Shown in pieces: positions 36,946-47,300 of a stretch of DNA of 64,000 nt. The DNA comes from an uncultured Planctomycetales bacterium. Lineage in GTDB: Bacteria; Planctomycetota; Phycisphaerae; UBA1845; PWPN01. The translations under genes were made by a program, and so were the position numbers. The notes beneath the pieces are model-generated. The model worked only from the letters and a program-made list of their open reading frames with translations, was not told where the DNA came from and ran no database searches. The DNA lies in NCBI GenBank assembly GCA_964548565.1, contig CAZJTF010000001.1:212-64211 (forward strand), in the 5' to 3' direction. The first letter of the stretch is position 1, and each line of letters starts with the position of its first letter.

Positions 36946-38244
36946 ATGTCCAACGGCATCTCGCGTCGCACGTTCATGCAGTCCACCCTGGCGACCGGCG
37001 CGGCGCTGGCCGCCCTGCGCCCCGGCCTGGCCGCGCTCGGCGCCAACGACCGCATCCGCATCGGCATCATCGGAACCGGCGGACGGGGCAACGCCCACAT
37101 GGCGGACCTCCAGGCGCGCAAGGACGTCGAGATCGTCGCGATCTGCGACGTGGACGACGCCCAGCTCGACCGTGGGTCGAAGAGCGCCGCCGAACTCGGC
37201 AGCCGCCCCCAGCGGTTCAAGGACTTCCGCCGCCTGATCGACATCAAGGACACCGACGCCGTCTTCATCACCGCGTGTTGCCACTGGCACGCCATCCCGG
37301 CGATCGCCGCCATGCGGGCTGGCAAAGACATCTACCTTGAGAAACCCGCCGGCCACACCATTCACGAGTGCCGCGTGATCGCGGACGTGGCGAAGGAAAC
37401 CGGCCGCATCGTCCAGATTGGCACCCAGCACCGCTCGTGCCCGCACTGGACGCACGCCGTCGAGCGCATCAAGGCCGGCGAACTCGGCCAGGTGACGGCC
37501 GCCCACGTCTGGAACGCCTGGAGCCTCAAGGAAATGGGCGGCGGCCTCGGCAATCCGCCGGACAGTGATCCGCCCGCGGGCGTCGATTACGACATGTGGC
37601 TCGGCCCGGCGCCGAAACGCCGCTTCAACCCGGCGCGCTTCCACTTCGGATTCTACTTCTTCCAGGATTATTCCAGCGGTATGACCGTGGCGTGGGGCGT
37701 GCATCTCTTCGACGTGGTGATGTGGGCCCTGGGCTACACGGTGAAGTCAGCCGCGGCGACCGGCGGCATCTACGTCCTCAAGGACGCCCGCGACACGCCC
37801 GACACGCTGCAGGCAGTGTTCGACTGCGGCGACTTTGTCATGGATTACACGCTCAGCCAGACGAACGGCTGGCGCCAGTTCGGCGACATGGACCATGGGA
37901 TCACGTTCGTCGGCACGAAGGGCGCGCTCGAGATCAACCGCCGCGGCTACCAGGTCTACCACGAGCCCGACCGCGGCACGCGCAAGCCGTACCACACCGA
38001 GCCGGTGCAGGGCAACGACACCGTCCACCACCACGCGAACTTCTTCGACTGCATGCGCTCCCGCAAGCCCACCCACGCCGACGCCGAGGCCGGCTATGTC
38101 GGCGCCGTCCCGGGCTACCTCGCGCTCATCTCCTGGCGCGTCGGACGCATGGTCCACTGGGACACGAAAACCGGCACAATCCTGAATGACCCCGAGGCTG
38201 CCCGTCTCCTCACCAAGGAGTACCGCGCGCCCTGGAGTCTGTAA
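36946..38244 (+). CDS. Gfo/Idh/MocA-family oxidoreductase with a twin-arginine signal
   Basis: MSNGISRRTFMQSTLATGAALAAL (TAT signal), the Rossmann motif IRIGIIGTGGRG, and EKP. Confidence 0.8.
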   Translation: MSNGISRRTFMQSTLATGAALAALRPGLAALGANDRIRIGIIGTGGRGNAHMADLQARKDVEIVAICDVDDAQLDRGSKSAAELGSRPQRFKDFRRLIDIKDTDAVFITACCHWHAIPAIAAMRAGKDIYLEKPAGHTIHECRVIADVAKETGRIVQIGTQHRSCPHWTHAVERIKAGELGQVTAAHVWNAWSLKEMGGGLGNPPDSDPPAGVDYDMWLGPAPKRRFNPARFHFGFYFFQDYSSGMTVAWGVHLFDVVMWALGYTVKSAAATGGIYVLKDARDTPDTLQAVFDCGDFVMDYTLSQTNGWRQFGDMDHGITFVGTKGALEINRRGYQVYHEPDRGTRKPYHTEPVQGNDTVHHHANFFDCMRSRKPTHADAEAGYVGAVPGYLALISWRVGRMVHWDTKTGTILNDPEAARLLTKEYRAPWSL

Positions 38245-38305
38245 CAATCGACATCCGATCTGGCTCGCGTCTGCCTCCTTGCCGCCGTGGCTGGAGGAGG
38301 CGAAG

Positions 38306-41212
38306 ATGATCCGCGACATGACGTCTTCCAGGATCAACCCCGTCGAGAAAGGTGCAGGTCTCATGTTCGGAGCCTCTCTTGTTGTCCTGTCCAGCGTGAC
38401 CGCCATGGCCCAGATGACTCCCGTCCAGCTGCGGTGCGAGTACCTCGTGAACCCACTTGGTCTTGACGTGCGCCAGCCCCGTCTGAGCTGGGTTCTGCAG
38501 GCGTCCGGGCGTGCGCAGGTCCAGACTGCCTACCGGATCCTCGTGGCCGACAGTCGCGACGCACTCGCGAAGGACGACGGTAACCTGTGGGACAGCGGTA
38601 AGGTCGACTCCGACGAGACCATCCACATCGCGTATGACGGCAAACCGCTCACGTCAGGCCAGACCGTCTTCTGGAAGACCCGCGTCTGGGATAAAGCCGG
38701 CGCCGAATCCCCGTGGAGCGAGCCCGCCTCCTGGCAGATGGGCCTGCTCGAGCCGGATGACTGGACGGCGAAGTGGATCGGCAAGTCCGACACGCCGCCG
38801 AACGGCCCGCTGCCCTCGCTGCCGCCCGCGATGCTCCGCAAGGACTTCAACGTCGCGAAGCCAGTGGCCCGGGCGACCGCGTTCGTGACTGCGCTCGGTC
38901 TCTACGAACTCCGTCTCAATGGTCAGAAGGTCGGCCAGGCGCTCCTCACGCCCGAGTGGACGGACTACGCCACCCGCGTGCAGGTCCAGGCGTACGACGT
39001 CACCCCGATGCTCAAGGAGGGTGATAACGCCGTGGGCGCGCTCCTCGCCGACGGCTGGTACGCCGGGCGCATCGGGATCTCCGTCATCCTCGGCGCCGGC
39101 GGCCAGGTACGCGGCTTCTACGGACGCTGGCCGCACCTCCGCATGCAGATGCAGATCGAGTACGCCGACGGCAGCCGCGAAACGGTGATCACCGACGAGA
39201 GCTGGCAGTCAACGACAGACGGACCAATCCGTAAAGCGTGCATTCTCGACGGCGAAGTCTACGACGCGCAAAAGGAGCAGCCAGGTTGGGACGGGCCAGG
39301 CTTCAAGGCCGAGGGGTGGAAGTCCGCGCACATCGAGCCGTCATTCCCGGTCAAGCTCGTCGCGCAGCGGCACGACCCCATCCGCGTCACGCAGGAGCTC
39401 AAGGCCGTCGCCGTCACGGAGCCCGCGAAAGGCATCTACGTCTTCGATTTCGGCCAGAACATCGCCGGCGCCTGCCGACTGAAGATCCAGGGCAAGGCCG
39501 GACTGAAGGTCCGCCTGCGTCACGCCGAAGTGCTGCAACCCGACGGCAACATTTACCGCGACAACCTGCGGATTCACGGCGAGCTCGGCGCGCGCCAGGA
39601 GGACGAATACACCTGCCGCGGCGAGGCCGAGGAAACGTGGGTACCGCGTTTCACCTACCACGGCTTCCGCTACGTCGAGGTCGCCGGCCTGCCGGCGAAG
39701 CCCGCTCCCGAGTTGCTCACCGGGCTGGCCTTCCACTCGGCCCCGCCGATGACCAGCGGCTTCGAGTCTTCGAGCGCGCTGCTGAACAAGCTGATGCTCA
39801 ACACCGTCTGGACGCTCCGCGACAACCTGCACAGCATCCCGACCGACTGCCCGCAGCGAGACGAGCGCATGGGCTGGACGGGCGACATTCTCGCCTTCGG
39901 TCAGACCGCCTGCTTCCAGATGGACATGGCCGCGTTCCTCGCCAAGTGGCTGCAGGATCTGCGCGACGACCAGGCCAGGGACGGGCGTTTTCCTGACTTC
40001 GCCCCGCACCCCTTCGACCCGGACAAGCGTTTCAGCGGCGTACCCGCCTGGGGCGATGCCGGCGTGTTCGTGCCCTGGTACCTGTGGGTCAGCTACGGCG
40101 ACAAGCGTGTCCTCGACGAGCACTACGACGCCGCCCGGCGCTGGGTCGACTGGATCCACTCGAACAACCCCGACCTCCTCTGGAAGAACAACCGCAACAA
40201 CGATTACGGCGACTGGCTCAACGGCGACACGCTCAAGCTCACCGGCTTCGGCTTCCCGGAGGGCAAGGCCCAGATGTCACCGGAGGTGGTGGGGACGGCC
40301 TTCTTCCGGCAGTCCGCGCTGCTCGTCTCGAAGATGGCCGGCATCCTCGGCCGGACGGAGGACGCCGCCCGGTACGGCAAGCTCGCCGCCGACATCAAGT
40401 CCGCGTTCAACCGGGCGTACGTGAAGGAAGACGGCACGATCGAAAACCTCGATCCGCCCAAGGACCCGAACCAGAAGCCGGTCCTCCACGGCAACACGCA
40501 GTCCGACTACGCGCTGGCGCTCGATCTCGACCTGCTGCCGCCGGAGAAACGCCCGCTGGCCGCCAACCTGATGGTCAAGGCGATCGAGAACTACAAGTGG
40601 CACATCTCGACGGGCTTCCACACGACGGTCCGCCTCATGAAGGAGCTCACAAAAGCCGGGCGCAACGACGTGGCCTATCGCCTGATCAACAACCGCACGA
40701 TCCCCTCGTGGGGCTATGAGATCGACCACGGCGCGACCACCATCTGGGAACGCTGGGACGGCTGGGTGGAGGGCCGCGGATTCCAGGACCCCGGCATGAA
40801 CTCGTTCAACCACTATGCGATCGGCGCGGTGGCCGAGTGGATGCTCCGGGTGATCATCGGCATCAATCCTGACGAGGACAGCCCCGCGTACAAGCGCTTC
40901 ACGCTCCGCCCGATGCCGGGGGGAGGCCTGACGTGGGCCAGGGGGCATTACGACTCGATCCGCGGCCGGATCGCCTGTGACTGGCGTATGGAGGGCGACA
41001 CGCTGCACGTCGTCGTCACGATTCCGCCGAACACCAGTGCCACAGTCTGCATCCCCGCTCGCGACCGTACCGCCGTCCAGGAAATCCCCCAGGCCGGCAC
41101 GCAGAGCATGCAGGGCGTCACCTTCAAGGGTATGCAGGACGGCGCCGCCGCCTTCGAAGTCGGCTCTGGCACGTACCACTTCACCTCCGCCGGCTACAAG
41201 ATCCCCGGCTGA
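38306..41212 (+). CDS. alpha-L-rhamnosidase (glycoside hydrolase family 78)
   Basis: ATG at 38306 after GGAGGAGG. LRCEYLVNPLGLDVRQPRLSWVL, QTAYRILVA, LWDSGKV, FWKTRVWD, WSEP..W.MGLL and CPQRDERMGWTGD are GH78 hallmarks. Confidence 0.85.
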   Translation: MIRDMTSSRINPVEKGAGLMFGASLVVLSSVTAMAQMTPVQLRCEYLVNPLGLDVRQPRLSWVLQASGRAQVQTAYRILVADSRDALAKDDGNLWDSGKVDSDETIHIAYDGKPLTSGQTVFWKTRVWDKAGAESPWSEPASWQMGLLEPDDWTAKWIGKSDTPPNGPLPSLPPAMLRKDFNVAKPVARATAFVTALGLYELRLNGQKVGQALLTPEWTDYATRVQVQAYDVTPMLKEGDNAVGALLADGWYAGRIGISVILGAGGQVRGFYGRWPHLRMQMQIEYADGSRETVITDESWQSTTDGPIRKACILDGEVYDAQKEQPGWDGPGFKAEGWKSAHIEPSFPVKLVAQRHDPIRVTQELKAVAVTEPAKGIYVFDFGQNIAGACRLKIQGKAGLKVRLRHAEVLQPDGNIYRDNLRIHGELGARQEDEYTCRGEAEETWVPRFTYHGFRYVEVAGLPAKPAPELLTGLAFHSAPPMTSGFESSSALLNKLMLNTVWTLRDNLHSIPTDCPQRDERMGWTGDILAFGQTACFQMDMAAFLAKWLQDLRDDQARDGRFPDFAPHPFDPDKRFSGVPAWGDAGVFVPWYLWVSYGDKRVLDEHYDAARRWVDWIHSNNPDLLWKNNRNNDYGDWLNGDTLKLTGFGFPEGKAQMSPEVVGTAFFRQSALLVSKMAGILGRTEDAARYGKLAADIKSAFNRAYVKEDGTIENLDPPKDPNQKPVLHGNTQSDYALALDLDLLPPEKRPLAANLMVKAIENYKWHISTGFHTTVRLMKELTKAGRNDVAYRLINNRTIPSWGYEIDHGATTIWERWDGWVEGRGFQDPGMNSFNHYAIGAVAEWMLRVIIGINPDEDSPAYKRFTLRPMPGGGLTWARGHYDSIRGRIACDWRMEGDTLHVVVTIPPNTSATVCIPARDRTAVQEIPQAGTQSMQGVTFKGMQDGAAAFEVGSGTYHFTSAGYKIPG

Positions 41213-41223
41213 CACTGATGTGG

Positions 41224-41244
41224 GAAGTGCGAAGTGAGAAGTGC
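41224..41244. repeat. three tandem heptads GAAGTGC GAAGTGA GAAGTGC
   Basis: Read directly from the sequence, immediately upstream of a GC-rich hairpin. Confidence 0.6.
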
Positions 41245-41257
41245 CCCCGTTCCAGTA

Positions 41258-41281
41258 GCGTCCGCCCCCCATGGCGGACGC
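41258..41281 (+). terminator. GC-rich hairpin downstream of the GH78 gene (no clear T-tract)
   Basis: Perfect 9-bp stem gcgtccgcc / ggcggacgc with a 6-nt loop. Confidence 0.3.
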
Positions 41282-41473
41282 AAAGGTCCGGAGGTGTCAT
41301 CCCGTCTGCGCGGCCGAAGTCACAAGCAGAAGGCCGGGGACAACCGCCCAGGGTGCCGCCAGTGCCCTCAGCGACGGTCAGCCAGCCGCTGCGGTGCGAA
41401 TTTCGCGCCGCCTCACGTATTTCCGGACCAGTATCAGGCACCTGCACCACCACCTGGCCTGATCCCTCTCATA

Positions 41474-41503
41474 TTGAGGCGGCTCCGCAAGGTGCGCTAT
41501 AAT
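41474..41503 (+). promoter_or_regulatory. sigma70-like promoter of vapBC
   Basis: TTGAGG (41474-41479), an 18-nt spacer, then consensus TATAAT (41498-41503), 28 nt upstream of the antitoxin ATG. Confidence 0.5.
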
Positions 41504-41530
41504 GAGGCAGGTTCGTCGGTGGAGTACGTC

Positions 41531-41752
41531 ATGAGCCACGTGGAAGCCGTCTTTCGAGGTGGTGTGTTTGAACCGCTCACTCCGGTCGATCTTCGCGAGA
41601 ACCAGCGGGTTTGCCTCAGTTTTGAACAGGCTTCTGCCCAGGATCCACAGCGCTGGCTTGATCAGGTGAGAAGGCTCCATGCCGCTTTAGCCAGGCGACC
41701 CCGGCCCTTCCCCGACAGCACCCCTGATATCGCAGCAGATCGCCAGCGATGA
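41531..41752 (+). CDS. DUF104/AF2212-like antitoxin
   Basis: MSHVEAVFRGGVFEPLTPVDLRENQRVCLSF is the typical DUF104 N-terminus. The stop overlaps the PIN gene start (ATGA). Confidence 0.7.
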   Translation: MSHVEAVFRGGVFEPLTPVDLRENQRVCLSFEQASAQDPQRWLDQVRRLHAALARRPRPFPDSTPDIAADRQR

Positions 41753-42183
41753 GTGACCTTGTGATCGACAGCAGCGTCGTTGCCAAATGGATTCTGCCCG
41801 AGTCTGACTCCGAGCAGGCACAGCGAATTCTTGCCGAGTCAGCCAAGGCCGCTGACCGCCTGGTCGTGCTTGACCTTGCCTTTTCCGAAGTAGTCAACGT
41901 GATATGGAAACGGTATCGGCAGCAGCTGATCACTGAGGACGAAACCCGCGCACTGCTTGAGGCCCTCGAAAGCTGCCCGTTACAGGTGGAGTCCGCTCGT
42001 CCATTGCTCGCGCCGGCGCTCGCGATTGCAGTCAAATATGACCGCGCAATTTATGATGCGCTGTTTGTCGCACTCGCGCAGAAGCTGCAGGCCGTCGGCA
42101 TCACGGCCGACGAACCGCTGTTCAACACGATCCACGGCGACTTCCCCACCATCGTCCTCCTGCGAAACTGGCGTTCACAATAG
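41749..42183 (+). CDS. vapC: PIN-domain type II toxin VapC
   Basis: LVIDSSVVAKW (first acidic residue), LDLAFSEVVNV and AIYDALFVALA. Confidence 0.8.
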   Translation: MSDLVIDSSVVAKWILPESDSEQAQRILAESAKAADRLVVLDLAFSEVVNVIWKRYRQQLITEDETRALLEALESCPLQVESARPLLAPALAIAVKYDRAIYDALFVALAQKLQAVGITADEPLFNTIHGDFPTIVLLRNWRSQ

Positions 42184-42203
42184 GACTTCGGTGTCGAAGG
42201 CGG

Positions 42204-44222
42204 TCAATTGTTCACCCGCTCCGGCTTCGCCGTCTGCCCTTCCATCGTGACAGGAAGACGGAAAACATCCCCGGCTTTGTTACAGAAGTACAGGCGCGAG
42301 TCGGAGGGCTTTCGCCCGTGGCCGTCCGCCCAGAAGCCGTAGAAATCCGGGTGCGCGTTCACCGGACGCCGAACGTACGTGTGGTTGTACTCGCTGGCCG
42401 ACGTCATCTGCCGCGCCAGCTTCCAGCTCTTGCCGTGGTCGGTACTCTCCCACATGGCGATCTCGCCGCCGGGGTTGTACGCCTGCGGGCCCTGCTGCGT
42501 CGGCCCGATGATCCGCCAGCGGTCCGCTTCGATGTAAAGCGACCCGGTGTCGTAGTTGTTGTCGGAGATGATGTCGCCGCCGTTCAACTCCCAGCTCCGG
42601 CCGTTCCAATAGGCGGTCGTCCACGTCCGCGGCATGTTTTTGGGCCCGGATTCGTAGCCCTTGCTCGTCGTGTAGAGGACGACTGGGCGCCCCTCGGCGT
42701 CGCTGGCGAGATCCTGGATGTAGACGAGCAGCCCCTTGCTCTCGTACTCCTGCACGAGGGCGGGATTGACGATGTCGGTGAGCGGAATGTTCAGCGATTC
42801 ACCGCCGGCCGTCCTCCACGTCGCCCCGAAATCGTCCGATTCCATGTAGTACAGATTGGTCCGCCAGTTCAGGCCCTTGCCTTTGGGGTGGTACATGAAA
42901 CTCGTGCCGACGCGTCCGCGCCCGAGCGGACGGCTCACCTGATAATGCCCCTGGGCGATGGAGGAGAGCAGCCGGCGCTCGCTCCACTTCACGCCGTCCT
43001 CGCTCGTCATCATGCAGATGGTGCGCCCGGGGTTGTAGTACGTGTGCATCAGCAGGAAGCCGTGCCCGGAGAGATACCACGGCTGCGGGTACGAGTAGTT
43101 GCCCGTCCACACGAGTTCGAACGCGTCCACCGAGTACGGCTTCGTGCTCCGCGAGATGTACGACGGACGCGACCGCCCGTGGCTGCTCGAGAAGATCCAG
43201 ATCGTCCCCGCGTCATCGACGTTGATCACCGGGTTGTCGTGCGCGTCGTCGGTCTTCTTGTCGAGCAGGATCGTGGGGCGGGGCACCATGCCGGTCGCGT
43301 GGTCGTAGTACGACACCATGTGGATCAGGCGCGTGCTGTCTTCGGGCAGGCTCCCGCCGTACGTGAAGAACGTCTTGTTCACTTTGGGGACATACCACGC
43401 GTACGGCGTGTGATTGGCCGGGTAGGTGCCCATCCCGCCGCTGTATTTATATACGTACTCGTCGCCCGAGGGCTGATTCATGTACCAGATCCCGCGGTAG
43501 CCGGTGTCCCTGCGGTTGATCAGCACCTGCGGCGGGGCGGGCGTGAAACGCGTCGCGATCGGCGCTCCCGCCGGCTCGGCTTTCCAGGTCGTGCCCGAAC
43601 GTCCGCTCGCCGCCCAGTGTGCCACCAGCTTCTCGGAAGAGGCATCCCCCTTGCCGGCCGCCACGGCCGCGATTTCCTGGTCGCTGAGCACGCGCCTCCA
43701 GATGCGAACATCGTCGATGCTCCCGTGCAGCGGCCGTTCGCTCTCGTTGAGCGCGCCGATGAACAGCGTCTTCCCGAGGCCGTGCATCCGGCCGGGCGCC
43801 GGCGTCGATTTCGCCAGCTTCCCGTCCACGTACACGCGGATGGCCTCGCCGTCGTAGGTCCCCGCGTAGTGCACCCACTTGCCGGCGGTCGGCGCCGGTG
43901 CGACGGCGTACAGGTAATCGTTCGGTTTGTTGCGAATCAGCATCCGCACGTTGTCGCTGTACAGGTACAGCGTGAAACCGCTGTTCGCCTCTCCCGTGTT
44001 GAGGAGCACCTGCGATCCGGTGACATCCGCGAGCCGCACCCGTGCCGCAACCGTGATCGCCCTGGCGTCCAGCGCCGGCAGCGGGGCCGAGAAGCCCGTC
44101 TTGCCGTCCAGCGCGACGCCCTCGTTGCCGGCGGCGTGCAGTGCGGCCGCCGGGCAGAGCGCCGCCAGCAGAATTGCGGTTGAATGCAGGAGCGAGGTCA
44201 GGTGCGTGCGTCTGTTCGTCAT
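42204..44222 (-). CDS. secreted LamG + BNR_4-family protein
   Basis: Signal peptide. The LamG part has WVHYAGTYDGEAIRVYVDGKL and HGSIDDVRIWRRVLS. The next ~450 aa (YRGIWYMNQPSGDEYVYKYSGGMGTYPANHTPYAWYVPKVNKTFFTYGG...YYDHATGMVPRPTILL...DAHDNPVI) resemble the BNR_4 family. Confidence 0.7.
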   Translation of the reverse strand: MTNRRTHLTSLLHSTAILLAALCPAAALHAAGNEGVALDGKTGFSAPLPALDARAITVAARVRLADVTGSQVLLNTGEANSGFTLYLYSDNVRMLIRNKPNDYLYAVAPAPTAGKWVHYAGTYDGEAIRVYVDGKLAKSTPAPGRMHGLGKTLFIGALNESERPLHGSIDDVRIWRRVLSDQEIAAVAAGKGDASSEKLVAHWAASGRSGTTWKAEPAGAPIATRFTPAPPQVLINRRDTGYRGIWYMNQPSGDEYVYKYSGGMGTYPANHTPYAWYVPKVNKTFFTYGGSLPEDSTRLIHMVSYYDHATGMVPRPTILLDKKTDDAHDNPVINVDDAGTIWIFSSSHGRSRPSYISRSTKPYSVDAFELVWTGNYSYPQPWYLSGHGFLLMHTYYNPGRTICMMTSEDGVKWSERRLLSSIAQGHYQVSRPLGRGRVGTSFMYHPKGKGLNWRTNLYYMESDDFGATWRTAGGESLNIPLTDIVNPALVQEYESKGLLVYIQDLASDAEGRPVVLYTTSKGYESGPKNMPRTWTTAYWNGRSWELNGGDIISDNNYDTGSLYIEADRWRIIGPTQQGPQAYNPGGEIAMWESTDHGKSWKLARQMTSASEYNHTYVRRPVNAHPDFYGFWADGHGRKPSDSRLYFCNKAGDVFRLPVTMEGQTAKPERVNN

Positions 44223-44394
44223 CAGTGCTTCCTTTCGCGCGAGGAGTGGATCCGCAGTATCACCTCTGGCGCAGGACGTGGCAACTCTGGGATGTCGATG
44301 GACCGCCGCCCAGGACCCGCGCGCCGCGCCGGGCCGGGGCCTTCAGTGGCGGAAGAGCGGCGGGGTGCCAGCGCCCCCTCCCGCGATAACGCCG

Positions 44395-47300
44395 TTACGG
44401 CACGCACGTCGGAGCAGCCGAGTGCCGCCACGGGACGGCTGGTCCGCTGACGCACCGCACGAACTGCTCGAAATCCGCCGCGCCGATGATGTGGTCGCCG
44501 TCCCGGTCAAAACAGAGGCAGGCCGGGTCCGCGCCCGCCGCCCAGCCGCCCGGTCCGGTGATGCAGGCTTGAAATGCGCCGAAATCCGAATGATCCACAT
44601 CGAGATCGCCGTCCGCGTCCGCAAAGGGGAAGGCGCATGCCGGCCGGCACGGCTCGTCGGGCTGCTGGATCGGGCGCAGGAAATCCCCCCGCCCGAGCGC
44701 GCGATCCACGATACGGATCTCGTCGATCATGCCATAGAACCCGCGGTCCGCCATACCTCCGCCGCGTCGGTTCCCGATGATCAGGGGAGCCGGGCCGGCA
44801 GGCGCGAGTGAAACGCCCGTGACGTGCCCCTCGAGCTGCCCGTCAAGGTACCAGCGCAACTCGCCGCCCTGCGCGACGAGCGCGAAGTGGTGCCACGTCC
44901 CGGCGGTGACCGGCGTCTGCCCAGGCTCGACGTGGTCCGCCTCGTCATCCCCCCGCCAGAAGACCGACAGCACGTTCCCGCCCGCCCCCGCGTGCAGTCC
45001 GATGGCCAGGCGCGACTCGGTATCGAGCGATGATCGCTTCTGCGTCACCAGCCTGCGTCCGACGGACATGGGCGCGGTGATCGGAGATGTGTCGAACGTG
45101 TTGAAGAAGCCTTCGAATGTGAGCGTCTCCTGCAGCGAGCCGGCGTTGCTCGGCAGGTGCGTGTCAATGGCCGCGCTCAGGTTGCCCGGCAGCAGCATGG
45201 CGAATTGCCCGGCGCTCGTTGCCGGAGCATCTCCAACGCCCGGCTGCCCATAGGCGACGTACGTCAGTGGTGAGCCCGCGCCTGCCGTTCCGTCGGCGCC
45301 GTGAATGTTCTCGATCGCCCCGCACAGTCCGCTGTCAACGAGCCCGTGGCTGACCGCCGCCCCTGGCTCGGCCTCGAACCCCGAGCACCACAGGACGCCC
45401 GTTCCGGCCGCTCCGCATGCCGCGTCGCACGACCCGCCGTCCAGCAGGAACTCCGCCGGCGCCCGCACCTGGTCTGAGATCCGCACCTCGTCGAGCAGTC
45501 CGTAGAACCCGCGGTCCTCGACGCCCGACAGACGGTTGTTCGCGAGGCTCACCGGGCCGGAGCCCGCCGCCACGAGCGTCGACGCCGGCACCTGCCCCTG
45601 GAGGTTGCCGTCGAGGTACCACGTGATCGCGGCTCCGTCGTACACGAGCGCGAAGTGGTACCATCGATCCGCCAGGACCGGCGTCGTTCCCAGCTCGAGA
45701 TGGTTCGTTCCGCTGGTGTCGTACCAGAACACCGACAGCAGGTTCGCCGGGCCGCCGCCGCCTGCGATCGGTGCATTGCGATCGGTGACCGCCGCGTATG
45801 TGTTCCCCACGCGGATCTCGTCGATCTCGCCCTTGTTGCTGTTGAGCCCCATGACGAGCCGAATGTGCGAAATCGTGGCCGTGCTCGACGTCTGGTTGCT
45901 CAACATCCACGTCGCGGGCTCCGTGACGGGCACCGCGGCTCCGGCCGGGTAGAAGTTCATGAAGAACTCGTCCGCCGAGGATGCGTGTGCGACGATTTTG
46001 CCGATCACCAGGTAGGTCGTGCCCGCTGTCACCGTCCCCGCGACGTTTGTGGACGCGTTGAGGAAGAACTGGTCCGGCGTGGTGGAGCCTCCGCTCGTCA
46101 TGCCGAACCGCGCGACCTGCGTGCTCGTGCCCGGCGTGAAACTGATCTCGAGGTTCTCCGCGCTGTTCGCGGACGTCGACGTTTTGCGCAGCAGCCCGCT
46201 GACATACAGGACCCCGCCCTCCTGCGCCAGGTTGATGCTGCGGCTCAGGGCTCGCACCGCTTCCACCGTCCCCGACGCGCCGGCGTTCACGCCGCTCAGG
46301 CGCGAACCCACGGACGGAAACAGCGGCGTCGTAAGGCTGACGGAATCATTGGTCAGGATGGCAAAATCCGCATCGGCGTCATCCCAAGCCCCTCCCCAGC
46401 CGATCCCGCCCGCCTGCTGGTGGAGAGTCGTGCCACTGTATTGGAACCCCTCGTAGTCAAAGAGGCCGTCGGTCCCGGGCGCGGATCCGCCGTGCAGCCC
46501 GATCGCCAGGCGCGACTCGCCATCGCCGTCACTGCGTTTCTGCGTCACCAGGCGGCGCCCGACATACGTCGGCGACGTGATCACCGCGCTCTCTTGCGTG
46601 CGGAAGAACCCCTCGAACGTCAGTGTGTTCTGCAGGTTGCCCGCGTTGCTCGCCAGGGCCGTGTTGATCCCGACGCTGCGATCGTTCGGGAGTGCAATAG
46701 CGAAGGCGCCGGCGTCGCCCGTCGGTGCCGTGCCGGTCGCCGGCTGCCCGTACGCGGCGTACGTCAGCGGCACCGTCCCCGCCGGGGTGCCGCTCGCCCC
46801 CGCGGCGTTGCGCACGATCGAAACCGGCTGCCCGTTCGTGACCGGACCGATCGCGAGCGTTTCAAACGGCGAGCGCCACAGCGGCGGCGCGGAGTTCGAC
46901 ACCTCGCCGAAGTCCGTGACGCGCTCCGGGCGCGCCGAATCGCCTGCCATCGTCCAGGGGAGCCGCCACACGTTCGCCCCGGAGCGGTCGCAGAAGTACA
47001 GCCGCGAATCCGTCTTCATCAGGGCGTTGCCGTCCGCCCAGAACGCGTAAAACGGGTCGCGGGCGTGCCGCGGACGACGGACGTACGAGTGGTTGTACAC
47101 GCTGCCCGTCGTCACGTCGCGCACCTTCGTCCACGTCGCCCCGAGGTCCTGGCTGATCCACACCCCGACCTCGCCGCCGGTGCCGTACACCTGCGGGCCG
47201 TTCTCCGTCGGACCGATGATGCGGAGCGTCTCGCCCTCGAGATAGAGGTTCCCCACGTCATAATTGTGGTCCGACACGGTGACCACGCTGTGGACCCACT

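Noticed and set aside
35542-37704. 720-aa minus-strand ORF, with similar long antisense ORFs at 27903..29207, 18051..19259, 21167..22264, 22686..23708, 42318..44183, 45655..47634, 47644..48846 and 59335..60870
   Set aside because: Each lies opposite a gene with clear family motifs (ceramidase-like/Gfo, uvrC, HtrA paralogue, DSD1, ALDH, BNR_4/LamG giants). Their translations are R/A/G/P/H-rich with no motifs.
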